Position numbers and translations under genes: made by a program
Notes under the pieces: model-generated
Databases searched by the model: none
Told to the model about the DNA's origin: nothing
The model's input: the letters and a program-made list of their open reading frames with translations, nothing else
Origin: Vermamoeba vermiformis
Lineage: Eukaryota
Direction of reading: 5' to 3'
Assembly (NCBI GenBank): GCA_045837725.1
Contig: JBEWZL010000056.1
Coordinates: forward strand, 372,001-436,000
Length of the DNA: 64,000 nt
Shown: one piece after another, positions 26,731 through 37,280 of the stretch
Layout of the letters: the number at the start of each line of letters is the position of its first letter
Numbering within the stretch: position 1 is the stretch's first letter

Positions 26731-27412
26731 ATGGCTTTTACTTCTTACGGGTAGGTAACAAATTTGAACGATTGGGTCCATGGAACTGACGCATCTTCGA
26801 AGTGGTGGTGCTGGCAAGGTAGAGATTCAGCTCATTGCTCAAACTGGTTGGGTGAACCGTAAGTAGAGTAGTATCATCATTTGAGACTTCAATTGCAAGC
26901 GGATCAAGACCCAAAAGGGATCACGCTTAGTGCCCTGGTTGAGAAAATATTTATCCGATATTACTTGTACTGATAATATTACTCCACTCATTATGTTGCA
27001 TTATTTTTGATTATTTACTCGTTTGTGCAGCGTTCCTTTGTTAATAATTAAATATTTACTAATCTGGATTTACCAGCCTTCGATAACAAATGGAGTCCTA
27101 GCGCCACTTATAAAGTCAATGTGCCCGAAAATGAGACTTGGGCTGACGTGTTGCGAAGACTCAAGGAAGTTGTTGGTAAGTAAATGTCGGAACTACATCC
27201 CAGCTCCGGAGAATTATTTGGAAAGACACGCAGCTTATGCTCTTTAATGAATAGGCGCTGCTATTGCACCTCGTGTTGATAAGGCTTGGGCTGTCAATGG
27301 TGACGGTGAAAAGCTGAATTACGATCCCACGAAGACCCTGCAAGAGCTCGGCATTTCCAACACCAAAAAACCGACCATTCGCTTCCCTAACACTATTGCT
27401 ATGGCCAAATAA
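26731..27412 (+). CDS. 110-aa small protein with probable ubiquitin-like (beta-grasp) fold (exons 26731-26750, 26803-26858, 27077-27175, 27255-27412)
   Basis: Four exons with canonical splice sites sum to 333 nt: MAFTSYGGGAGKVEIQLIAQTGWVNPFDNKWSPSATYKVNVPENETWADVLRRLKEVVGAAIAPRVDKAWAVNGDGEKLNYDPTKTLQELGISNTKKPTIRFPNTIAMAK. 'ETWADVLRRL' and 'KTLQELGI' match UBL patterns. Confidence 0.7.
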
Positions 27413-27474
27413 GAAGCTGTACTGATTGGCTCAGGATAATATCGACGCAAGTCATAATTGCATTAAACTATTAT

Positions 27475-28174
27475 TTATTTCTGCTCCTCGCTTAGATCTT
27501 TTTTCAAAATTGTAATATCTCGTCCCAAATATTGCTTTTGTTCCAAAATTTTGAATCCATAATGTTCATAGAGTTCCTACAAGCAAAAGTCAGTGGATGG
27601 ACTCATCTGTCAAAGTCACAGCCGGCACTTGCGACTTTATCTTCGGTCCATACATGAATATGAGGGTAATTCAGTTCTTTTGCTTTGCGAAATATAGCTC
27701 TAATTAGCATACCAACGATCCCCTTGCCGTGCAACTCCGGAATAATGCCAACCGCCGCGAGCCTGAAAAAACCAATGATGAGCCCATAATTACGTGGTAT
27801 TTTTAAAAATATTTACGACTATAATATCCTTTGTGACTGCTCCCGAACAATTTTAGTAGATCCACAATCAATAGAGATACTTACCAGGGAAAACGAGGGT
27901 CGGCAGGTATGTCGTAAACTTCTAAATTAGCAGTGCCGACTAATTTACCCTCTAACGTAGCTACAAAGTTGACTGGAGCTCGATCAGTATTTGATTGCCT
28001 TTCTAGATCCTTCTCTACGCCTTGAATATCGTATATTTGAAAGTCCACGTATGTATAATCGAAATATCCCCATAATAATGACGCCACTTCCGGAATAAGA
28101 TGCTTCTTGTTTGCCAAGTAGTCGATCTCGATCCTGGATCGAATATCGGTTGTTTCTCCTGCCTGATTACTCAT
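27475..28174 (-). CDS. GNAT-family N-acetyltransferase
   Basis: FVATLEGKLVGTANL..PWLAAVGIIPELHGKGIVGMLI (motif A)..HVWTEDK(V)ELYEHYGF after splicing two introns. Confidence 0.8.
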
Positions 28175-28343
28175 TACAAAGTAATTCACTAGTATTTATG
28201 AGGTATTGTGGTCGAAAAGTAGGGCAGAACTAAATTAATGGAGTTTCCAGGGCTTTTTATATACGGAACTAGAAAAGACCGAACACGGAGGTTTCGAAGC
28301 TTCGAAATGTGTAGTGCGGAGTACATTCTTTTATTAATATTTG

Positions 28344-29069
28344 TTATTCAATGTACAAGTTGTTGGCTCGGTGCCATTGCTCAACATTTTGGTCGGGGAA
28401 CTGATCAAACAGCGCATACGTCTCCGAAGGCTCAACATCTACACAGTGTCAGTTCATACACTTCAGTTCGAACGCTTACCATCGACCCACGAGGCACGTG
28501 ATCCCCACATTAAGTGCGACTTCTTAGGAGGCTTCGGCAAAGGCGTGTCTGTTCATCGACTTAGATGCGTGACACGCTGTGATACTTGCCTTATTTACCT
28601 ATTGACGCGGCGAATGGATGGACATTGTTGGGGTATTGTGGTAACAAAAACCACAGATTTGACGCCTGTGACGAATGACACGTGTCAATTACTGAAAAGG
28701 CTGCTTCGGGAGACTTACGCATTCAGAGCAAAAGTGTCGTTTGGTCGGACTCAATTCACCATTCTCACGCTTGACTTGATAGACTTTAATGAACTCTGTG
28801 CCTTGCACTTTGAGGGTCGTGTTGTCTGCCATAATATTTACGGCAAATCCTCCGTTGCCGGCTGATAAAATGGTCAGTTTGTGCGCAAATACTGGTACTA
28901 AACTTTACCTGTCTTTCTGCAGATCGAGCAAAAACATCGATTGTACTAAGATAAAAACATGTTAATTATATTATTATGATTAGAAAGAGTTAGCACTTAC
29001 AGGGTAAGGCGTGTGACTGACAACTTCAAAAGTCACTTTTTTGCAATGACACGAACCTCTTAATAGCAT
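28344..29069 (-). CDS. GFA/CENP-V (Mss4-like) zinc-binding protein, copy 1
   Basis: Spliced protein MLLRGSCHCKKVTF..PYPYNRCFCSICRKTAG..RHFCSECASNLW..HPFAASIDTPLP..SRASWV has the GFA CxC, CxCxxC and FCxxC motifs. Six exons; not in the ORF track. Confidence 0.88.
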
Positions 29070-29289
29070 TCTCGTTGTGCTAATGTATGATTTAATGTTT
29101 GTAAACACGTTGAAGAAAAAATCAGGTCGAGCGGCAGAAAATGTACCTCCGCGGCGCTTCTGCTTCTAAACGCCGCCGAGATACTGATTTTTCAATAATA
29201 ACCAAAAAGATCATTTAAGAATTAAAGCCAGTGTTAATCTAACGTGACAAGGTCCGCAACGTCTGTCTATGTGCATAATTTATATGAAT

Positions 29290-30150
29290 TTACAAAGCCA
29301 AATTAGATCCATCCGCGAACTGAAAATATAACTCATCCCAATTATAATCCAACGGTTTCTCTAATATCCCATAATAATCCCACGCCAGTTCTATGTTCTG
29401 TGCCGCAATTACATGCGAGAAATCTCGTCGGTCCTGGAATAACTGCTCGCTGTACATTAATATCTGCAACACGTCTCCAAAGTACCAGTGTTTATCGAGC
29501 ACACGAAGTTTCCTTTGGTCCATATACTCCATATAATACGCGAATCTGCCGTACCAAGGGCTGTGCGGATCCACCACGAGGTAAAAGTGCGCCATGTCAT
29601 CGAAATAATAGCCGAGCGTGGCAAAGCACAGCAGTCCTTCATTTGAATAGCCGTACCTCCTGCCCGTGCTCGGTGTGGTGACAGCACTATTGCCATATAA
29701 GGTTAAACCAGTGTTGTTGAACGAAGTCATTTCGCACAGGGTGAAAAAGTGCGCGTAGTCTGGCGGCACCAAGACATTGGCATTATCGGCGGCATTGAGC
29801 AGCGGAATAATTCGGTTAGGGTCTCCGTGGTGTTCGGTGATGGAATTCGATATCCTTTGCAGAAATTTAACGGCTTGGTGGTATGTGTTCAGATGTCGCT
29901 CAAGAACTTCGCATTGAAATAAAAATTTGAACGGCTGTTTGAATAATAGCTCCCTAGTCTTATCTCTCTTTAAATATAATTCTATTATTGGAAATTTCTT
30001 GCTGAATAAGCTGAGCCTGTGGTTGATAATAAAACTCGGATTCGTTGTTATTCTTTTGTGCAGGGTTTTGCATGTCATTGCCCACGTAGTTAATAGTGAT
30101 TTGATGCTTATATGGTTTTGCAGTAAATACAACACAGAGTCACGATCCAT
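29290..30150 (-). CDS. Intronless protein with degenerate N-terminal F-box and C-terminal SMI1/KNR4 (SUKH)-like domain
   Basis: 286-aa uninterrupted ORF. F-box-like MDRDSVLYLLQNHISIKSLLTTWAMTCKTLH. SUKH-like VPPDYAHFF...GLLCFATLG..FYLVVDPHSPWYGRFAYY. Confidence 0.55.
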   Translation of the reverse strand: MDRDSVLYLLQNHISIKSLLTTWAMTCKTLHKRITTNPSFIINHRLSLFSKKFPIIELYLKRDKTRELLFKQPFKFLFQCEVLERHLNTYHQAVKFLQRISNSITEHHGDPNRIIPLLNAADNANVLVPPDYAHFFTLCEMTSFNNTGLTLYGNSAVTTPSTGRRYGYSNEGLLCFATLGYYFDDMAHFYLVVDPHSPWYGRFAYYMEYMDQRKLRVLDKHWYFGDVLQILMYSEQLFQDRRDFSHVIAAQNIELAWDYYGILEKPLDYNWDELYFQFADGSNLAL

Positions 30151-30626
30151 ACTTATTAAATCCGCCTGACCGTTAAACGATTAATAAAATTAATAGTGGT
30201 TTCGTTTAAATATTGTCCACTATTAAAATAATTTTTAACAATAATTATTAAGCAAATTGCATTATTTGCAAAGATACAGTGTTAATTGCGGATCTTACGC
30301 GTGAAATTGCGCTTGTAGCTCTGACCTTAATACATTAAATACTAGCGGGCAATGCAATGTTGTTGTTTACTGTTCTAGCTGGAAAAAATCTCCTTATCCT
30401 TCATATTCTCACGCAATTAAGTACTCTTATCTCTGTAACAAAAACAAAACAACACAAAAGGTTCTGCAATGCATTGATAGCCGTATTGATTTGTCTTAGT
30501 GTATGAATAGTAGGTTGGACGTCCAAAAGATTTGAAATTAAAAAATAATTGGCGCAGTTGACACGACAATTGATTTAAAACTATTACTAAAATACATCAC
30601 ATAGGTCTATAAAATCCAGCAAATAA

Positions 30627-32162
30627 ATGGAGAATTTACCGCAAGAAATCCTGCGTGAAGTCGGCTTATTGCTCGATATTCACAACATTATCAATCTCAG
30701 TCACACCAGCAAGGCATTCAACGAGAACAAGTTGTGGACATTGTTGCTTCGAGAACAAGCGATCAAATTGCAACCACTGCTTGGCTCAGTGCAGCCTGGT
30801 CGATTGAACTGGAGAACACTGGCCTTGCACGCTCACCACACAGCAAATTATGTGTCGAGGAAGTTTGAGATGGGCCCACTGCAATTAGAACGGCTCTTGA
30901 GTGTACTGAGAGCGACACGGAGGCTGTTGGACCAGCAAAAGGCGAGAGAGACCATTCGCGGCCTGTTAAATAATGTTCCCGATATGGTAGTCACTTCTGG
31001 CTACAACGAAGGGAAGTGTTTGACGTACCGCGCACCAGTGCTGTATTGGATCTGCCACTGTCAGCCCGCACAACAAGAAGACAAGAAATTCATAGCAGAG
31101 ATAGCACTCGACGAGGTCTTGAAGAACACCGCTGCTGTTAATGTGCCATCACTTGCCACGCCTTGGCAAGGTGATTCAATTGACTGGCCAATCAACGCTG
31201 CCATCATGCGCCTGTGGACAGAAGGGGTCAAACGACTGCTGCAAGTTGAGAACATTGCGTTGGACGTGGTGTCAACAATGTCAACGGATTATCAGCGCGT
31301 TCGCGTCTCACCCTTGCAGTGCACCGTTCTCGCGGTGACAAATAGGAAGTTTCTTAAAGAGTCACAGAACCTCTCCCTCTATGATATACAAGCAGAGCAC
31401 GAGCACAGATTCGTGTCACAAGGAGTATACAAGACCATCAAACTAGCGGACAAAGTGATCCCAGCGCGAGAGCGAGGACTCGAAATACTCAAGCTGCTTT
31501 TGACACGTGTCAATCCAAATCAACCGAACGGAGCTATTACGAGCGTTGGAGAGGATAATTTGCTGGCCAAAGCCGAAAATATTGAAGAGCGTGGCTTTAC
31601 AGCACTGCACATGGCGTGTTATTATCAAGTGTTTGGCACGTGGGTCGATGGCACCAAAGCACTCATTGACGCTGGGGCCAATGTTAACGCAGAGTCAGCG
31701 GGATTGCATTTAACACCACTGCACATGTTGTTCGCGAATATTCAATACCTCAGCACGCGCTTTCGACACGAGTATTGGAGTGAAGAACTTGAAGTGTCAC
31801 AACTGCGACGAGTGGTGGAGCTGTTCCTCGCGCACGGTGCAGATCTGTCGCTGAGCACAACCGACGGCATGAATGTGCTACACTACGCACTCGTGGCACA
31901 CAAGCACCTGCCCTTCGACGAGTCCATCATCAGTCTGCTGCAACAACATTGTCCTCGTGCAGCAGCAGTGCCACTGCCCTGTTCAGTGTGCGTGCGGTGC
32001 AAGAAGCGCTACGACGTCAGTGCCAACAACAGCACCGCGTGTGCCATTCATACTGAAGCGTACGACGAGTGTAGTCCGTACACCACTGAGGGCTCTGACA
32101 CCTATCCTTGTTGTGGTGGCAAGGAGGACTCTCGTGGTTGTAGTTTGGCCTATCATCTGTAA
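30627..32162 (+). CDS. Intronless F-box / ankyrin-repeat protein with C-terminal CHORD/Btk-like Zn motif
   Basis: F-box MENLPQEILREVGLLLDIHNIINLSHTSKAF. Ankyrin repeats GFTALHMAC..LIDAGANVNA, LTPLHML..FLAHGADLS, GMNVLHYA. C-terminal CVRC..C..H..CCG....GC...H. Confidence 0.8.
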   Translation: MENLPQEILREVGLLLDIHNIINLSHTSKAFNENKLWTLLLREQAIKLQPLLGSVQPGRLNWRTLALHAHHTANYVSRKFEMGPLQLERLLSVLRATRRLLDQQKARETIRGLLNNVPDMVVTSGYNEGKCLTYRAPVLYWICHCQPAQQEDKKFIAEIALDEVLKNTAAVNVPSLATPWQGDSIDWPINAAIMRLWTEGVKRLLQVENIALDVVSTMSTDYQRVRVSPLQCTVLAVTNRKFLKESQNLSLYDIQAEHEHRFVSQGVYKTIKLADKVIPARERGLEILKLLLTRVNPNQPNGAITSVGEDNLLAKAENIEERGFTALHMACYYQVFGTWVDGTKALIDAGANVNAESAGLHLTPLHMLFANIQYLSTRFRHEYWSEELEVSQLRRVVELFLAHGADLSLSTTDGMNVLHYALVAHKHLPFDESIISLLQQHCPRAAAVPLPCSVCVRCKKRYDVSANNSTACAIHTEAYDECSPYTTEGSDTYPCCGGKEDSRGCSLAYHL

Positions 32163-32295
32163 TATACTGCCATTAAACACATTAGCGGCTTGGTTTCACA
32201 GCTTGAGCTCTGCTACTTTAAATCGTGCTGGATCTGCAGTCCCGTTAAATATGCACTACTTGTCATTATAATACGGTGCCATGAGTTTAATAGCA

Positions 32296-33095
32296 TTAAT
32301 CTATGTACAAACCATTGGCTTTGTGCCACTGTTCAATGCCTTGAGTCGGGTACTTGTCAAACATTTCATCTGTGTCGGATGGCTTCACATCTGGGAATCG
32401 TGAGTACAAATCTGATAAATAAATATGACTATTACCGTCGACCCATGAAGCGCGCGATCCCCACATCAGATGCGTTTTCTTTGGAGGTTTGGGTAAAGGC
32501 GTATCTGGAAGATTGATCAAATTCTCGTCTATCTCTAGATAAGCTTGAGTGTTGCATACCTATAGCACCAGCGAATGGATAAACATATTCAGCGTATTCA
32601 TGGCAGTGAATCCAAAGGTTAGAAGCCTATTCAAAGGTCGATCAGGTCCCTAATTCAGTTGCTAATCGTGGCTTACGCATTCAGAGCAGAAATGTCGCTT
32701 GTGAGGACTCAATTCACCATTGTCGCGCTTGACTTGATAGACCTTAATGAACTCTGCGCCCGTGTACTTTAGTGTCGAGAAATCACCCATAATATTGATA
32801 GCACAGCCTCCGTGACCGGCTAATATAGTATAATTAATTATTAATATATTAATTAGAACGATAACAATTGTATTTTACCTGTTTTGCGGCAAATTGAGCA
32901 ATAGCAAAGATTGAACTGCATTAAAAAAATTACTACAGCACTCAGAATGACGTAGAATAGGACAATACAATGCAATATGCGCGGAGATAATAAAGGATTA
33001 TTTTTAAGATATTTTTTGGTACTTACAGGGTAAGGCGTGTGACTGACAACTTCAAAAGTCACTTTTTGGCAATGACATGAACCTCTTAATAGCAT
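32296..33095 (-). CDS. GFA/CENP-V (Mss4-like) zinc-binding protein, copy 2
   Basis: [67 protein letters not shown]. Same intron positions as copy 1. Confidence 0.88.
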
Positions 33096-33301
33096 TTTAG
33101 TCAATGCTAGAAGGTCCTAGTATTGTAATGTCTGTTGCAGCGTAGTAATCTAATGAAAAAGTCCATTGAAAAAATTAACGCAAAGTATCCTCGCGACCGA
33201 AAGAGAACCGTAGGCTAGCTTGCCAAACAATAAATAATATTTAGCTATTAATAGCCAAATATATGTTGTATTTCGCAGCTTTTTACAGTTAGAATCGACT
33301 T

Positions 33302-35445
33302 CTATTCTTGCGGCAAGGCTATGAACAAATCGATAACGACCATAATAGTTGAAATTACACCCATTGACAGACCAATGAGACCTAAGAGCCACACTGGAAT
33401 ATGAGACTTGTCAAAGAGTGGTTTTCGAGCTTCAGACCGCGAGAGAATCAAATAGAACATGGCTGGGAACAAGTACGAAGTGCACGTGGTGGATGTGGCA
33501 CCAGTGAGGGCTAAAATACCCACAATGTTCGGAAATATCATGCCGACCACCATAGGCACGAATACAGTCACTAGTGTGATGATAATGCTCTCCCAGCGTC
33601 GTACCTCGTGATACACTGTCGCTGGATCTCGATGCTTCTTGATCAAAATCAACAACATTTGCGATGAATGGCGCAATGGGTGTGAAGCGGTAGGATAGGT
33701 GCATATAGTAGAGACTAGGAGCAGTATTCTGATGACGTTGATGAAGGCTTGGTCATTCGGGTAATTGTTTAGCACGTTGCCCAAAGTCTTCGCGCCAAAT
33801 GTAATGTAACCAATCTCTCCGAGGGCCAAAAATGTTGTGAACACCATGCCAATACAGCCAATAATACCCTAATATATAATATTAAAACATAGTCCTTTTA
33901 TCATTGATGGACCTCGTACCCAGTTAATTTTAGTTTTCACTTCGGTCTTCATTTCGTTGTAAGCTATTAACAAATGTTAGAATTTACTCTTATCTACGTG
34001 TAAATAAATTTATCTTTGTAACGGCGATAAAATTACACGACAATTACCTGGCAATAAATTGGTATGGCCTGCAAAACCAAACGCGAGCACGGGCATGACG
34101 AGAAATATGCCCTTATTGATGCTAATGGCTTGCAATTGGTCGAATGAGACTCCGCCATTCACGAGCAAATACGCAATGCACATTGCTGCGAGGACCAAGT
34201 TTGACACCATGGACAACATGCTGATCCACCTCAGATCTGCGAATCGCTTCACGAAACACCTATATGACACGACTATATGAGTACTCGATATATATTAATT
34301 AATATTAATTTCATTACGTACAATGGCAGCACGATGACCGTGGTCATGATGGACACATTCAGCCACCGATTGTCAATAGCTGTGTTCTCAAATTGCAGCC
34401 AATCGACCAGGGATTTAATGAGATCGCCGGCAATGACTAAAAAGCCCGTCGCACTAAATAAGGAAAGGTTATGTAACATGATTGCGGGTGCATAAAGTTG
34501 GGGTCTGACGTACGCTCCAAAATTCAAAAATATCGTGCCGATTGAGACTGTAACATATCCTGCTGTGCCTAGCGCGGAATATCCAATGTCTTCGTATTGA
34601 ATATGCGACTCAGTCTTTCCTAGAAACATAAAAGTCAGATCCACTGCACCACGATCCGATCGGAGGCCAAAAGAGCCTGTAACTAAACATACTATAATAT
34701 TTTTCCATTTCTTCATTTGAGTCATCTTCTTCCTCAGCTTGCTCTCCGTCTTCTAATTCAAGGACAGATGTGCTGTCACTTTGATTATCACCAACTACGG
34801 CGACGTTCATATCACCGCTATCTGTATTATAACTATCTGTTGTTGATATTTTGGCCTTTCTTTTCGGTTTTGGTGATGGTCCACGTTTGACATTACGAAC
34901 AAACTCGGATGTGATCCCATCCACTTCACCTCGTTCTTCTAGAAATAATAATCGTCTGCTTTTAATAGCCAAAGGCACACACGATATTAATATCCACATT
35001 GAGTACGCTGATATTGCGGCAAATAAAAGTAACAATACAGCTCCAAACTGGAAAAATCGAAAATTAGATCCACACCATTAGTTTAATTTTAAAATTCAAT
35101 AAAAAAATCCGCATAGTAATTGCACAGTATTATCTAATGCTGTTACCATTCCGATTAATTTACCCCGGCAGTTAATTATAAATTATTCCTAAACTTACCA
35201 CATAGCCTGTTACATTAAATACAAAAGGCAGAGACAATAATCCTTTCATGATTGATTAATAATTGATATTGGGATCGATAATCAATGCAGATCTTACCGC
35301 CACCCAACGTGCTGATCGCCAAGTTCACTGAAAAGCCAAGCAGATCAACCTGCTGCTTTGGTCGCAGCATATGCCGACTGGTACCTTTATCGATGTCCAA
35401 ATCGGACTCATCTAAGGTTATAGGCTCCTCGTGTGGTCCATCCAT
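33302..35445 (-). CDS. Amino-acid transporter, AAAP/SLC38 family
   Basis: NLAISTLGGG, FGFAGHTNLLP, GEIGYITFG..GNVLNNY, TGATSTT..YLFPAMFY. About 11 hydrophobic segments across the exons and an acidic cytoplasmic loop. Confidence 0.88.
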
Positions 35446-35623
35446 TCCACTTTTAATTAAGATAAAATAGGAGATCGAACGGTCTACGAAAGAGGAACAA
35501 CAGTTGTTACTTATAGAGCCCTTAAAAGTTAAGAACGAGTACTACTATCAATAGAAGTTTATTTCGGAAATATACTGTTATTCCATTATGAGTGCTGACA
35601 GTTTAGCGGACTGATTGCCGTTA

Positions 35624-36544
35624 TTAAGGCAACAATACCATGCCACCACCTGCAGAGATGTTTTGACCGACAATCCAGCCAGCTTTGATTGGATCCACTA
35701 ACCACGCTACAACACGCGCAACATCTTCGACAGTACCTGATTCAAACATTATTAATAGGCTTGTCTTGCTAGCAGTAATAGCGAGTCATACTTACCAAGG
35801 CGTTTGAATACAGAGGCTTCGATGCCGAATTTGAGGAATTCAGGTCCACCAGCAGCGCTCATATCGGTGTCAGTGAATCCAGGCGAGACCGTGTTAATTC
35901 TGATGCCTTTAGTGGCCAGATCACGTGCTAGAGTGACCGTGAAGCCTTCAAGAGCTAATTTGCTCGGAATGTATACTGGTGCTCCAACTATGGCCTTAGT
36001 ACCACTAGTACTGATGTTGATGATGGATCCACCCGATGGAATGTGCGGGACGACGGCTTGGATAAGAAATAGAACGGCCTAATATAATGCATATCAATAT
36101 AATTGTCCGCCGAAGGTTTGAGAAGCGGAGAAATAGGTACCTTAGTGTTGGTATTGAAGACACGATCAAACTCGGCTTCAGTAATTTGACCGAGAGGCGT
36201 CATGCCAAACACTCCAGCATTGTTGACTAAAATATCGATTTTTCCATATTCAGCGATGACTTTGTTAACGAGATCTTGGTGGCCCTTCAGATCTGTTACA
36301 TCGCTTCGGATAGCGAGTGCGCGAACGCCAAGAGCCTTGATTTTATCGACAGTCTGATAATATATGTTAGGTCGTAATAAAAACTTTCTGGTGCGCAATC
36401 TCTACGTGCTTTTTGAGCGGCATCCGCGTTGCTAACGTAAGTGATCGCAATATCTGCTCCTTCCTTAGCGAGTTCGACGGCAATGCCTGCACCAATACCT
36501 CTTGAAGCACCAGTGATTAAAGCGATTTTACCCTTCAAAGACAT
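35624..36544 (-). CDS. Classical short-chain dehydrogenase/reductase (FabG-like)
   Basis: TGASRGIG, DILVNNAG, IINIST, YIPSK (YxxxK), IRINTVSPGFTDT. The first intron (36354-36409) uses a GC donor. Confidence 0.93.
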
Positions 36545-37280
36545 GTTGACGAAGCGGATTTGAGTTCGAGCGAATGTTTGACTGAATACAACTTGTGTTA
36601 ATCGATCTATTTGTGTTGAATAGGAATGCTACATTGCTCGTCTTATATAGTTGTTGTGGATTTTCAATGTTTGCATTGTAAACTGTCTGGAAGCTTTTAG
36701 AAACTTACCTTCTCAAATCTTCAGTCCATATTTGGAAATACTCGCCGCGATGCTAGCATGTGCTACAATGTTTGAGAAACTTTCCAGACGTGACGATTTC
36801 TTCCAGATGCTCTTTCACACGGAAGTGAAGAGGAGTACCACAAATCACATCCGATGACAAAAGAGCGATGTTGATCCGGATGCGCAAATTGTAATGAAGC
36901 TGTAACATGACACTGCTAGGGTGTGTAAGTAAACCATGTCCTTGCGAGCATCTTAGCACAAATAGTCGCTACGCTGCCCCATCCGCCTCTACGCGTCACT
37001 GCACCAGCGGACCTGCCTTCACATTTCTCCATTCTAATCTTACATAAGATTGGAGTTAGTACACGATGTTTATCGATGCAATGTGAGTTAAATGGAATCG
37101 AATGTCAAATTGAATGAAATGTCACGTCCAAAAATGGAATGGACCACGAGGGGACGCTATTTGGAACCTGTGTGTAGGCCGATTTCGCAACGCTCAAAAA
37201 TACTCTTTTTTAAACTGTACCTTCACAAAGAGCCACCTTGCTAGCGGATCTGCCCCGTGGAGATCAGCCATTCAAATCCA

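Noticed and set aside
26859-27076. Longer intron of the UBL gene as a possible snoRNA host
   Set aside because: No convincing C/D box pair with terminal stem or H/ACA architecture was seen.
28238-28865. Plus-strand ORFs of 87 and 174 aa
   Set aside because: They are antisense shadows of the spliced GFA gene on the minus strand.
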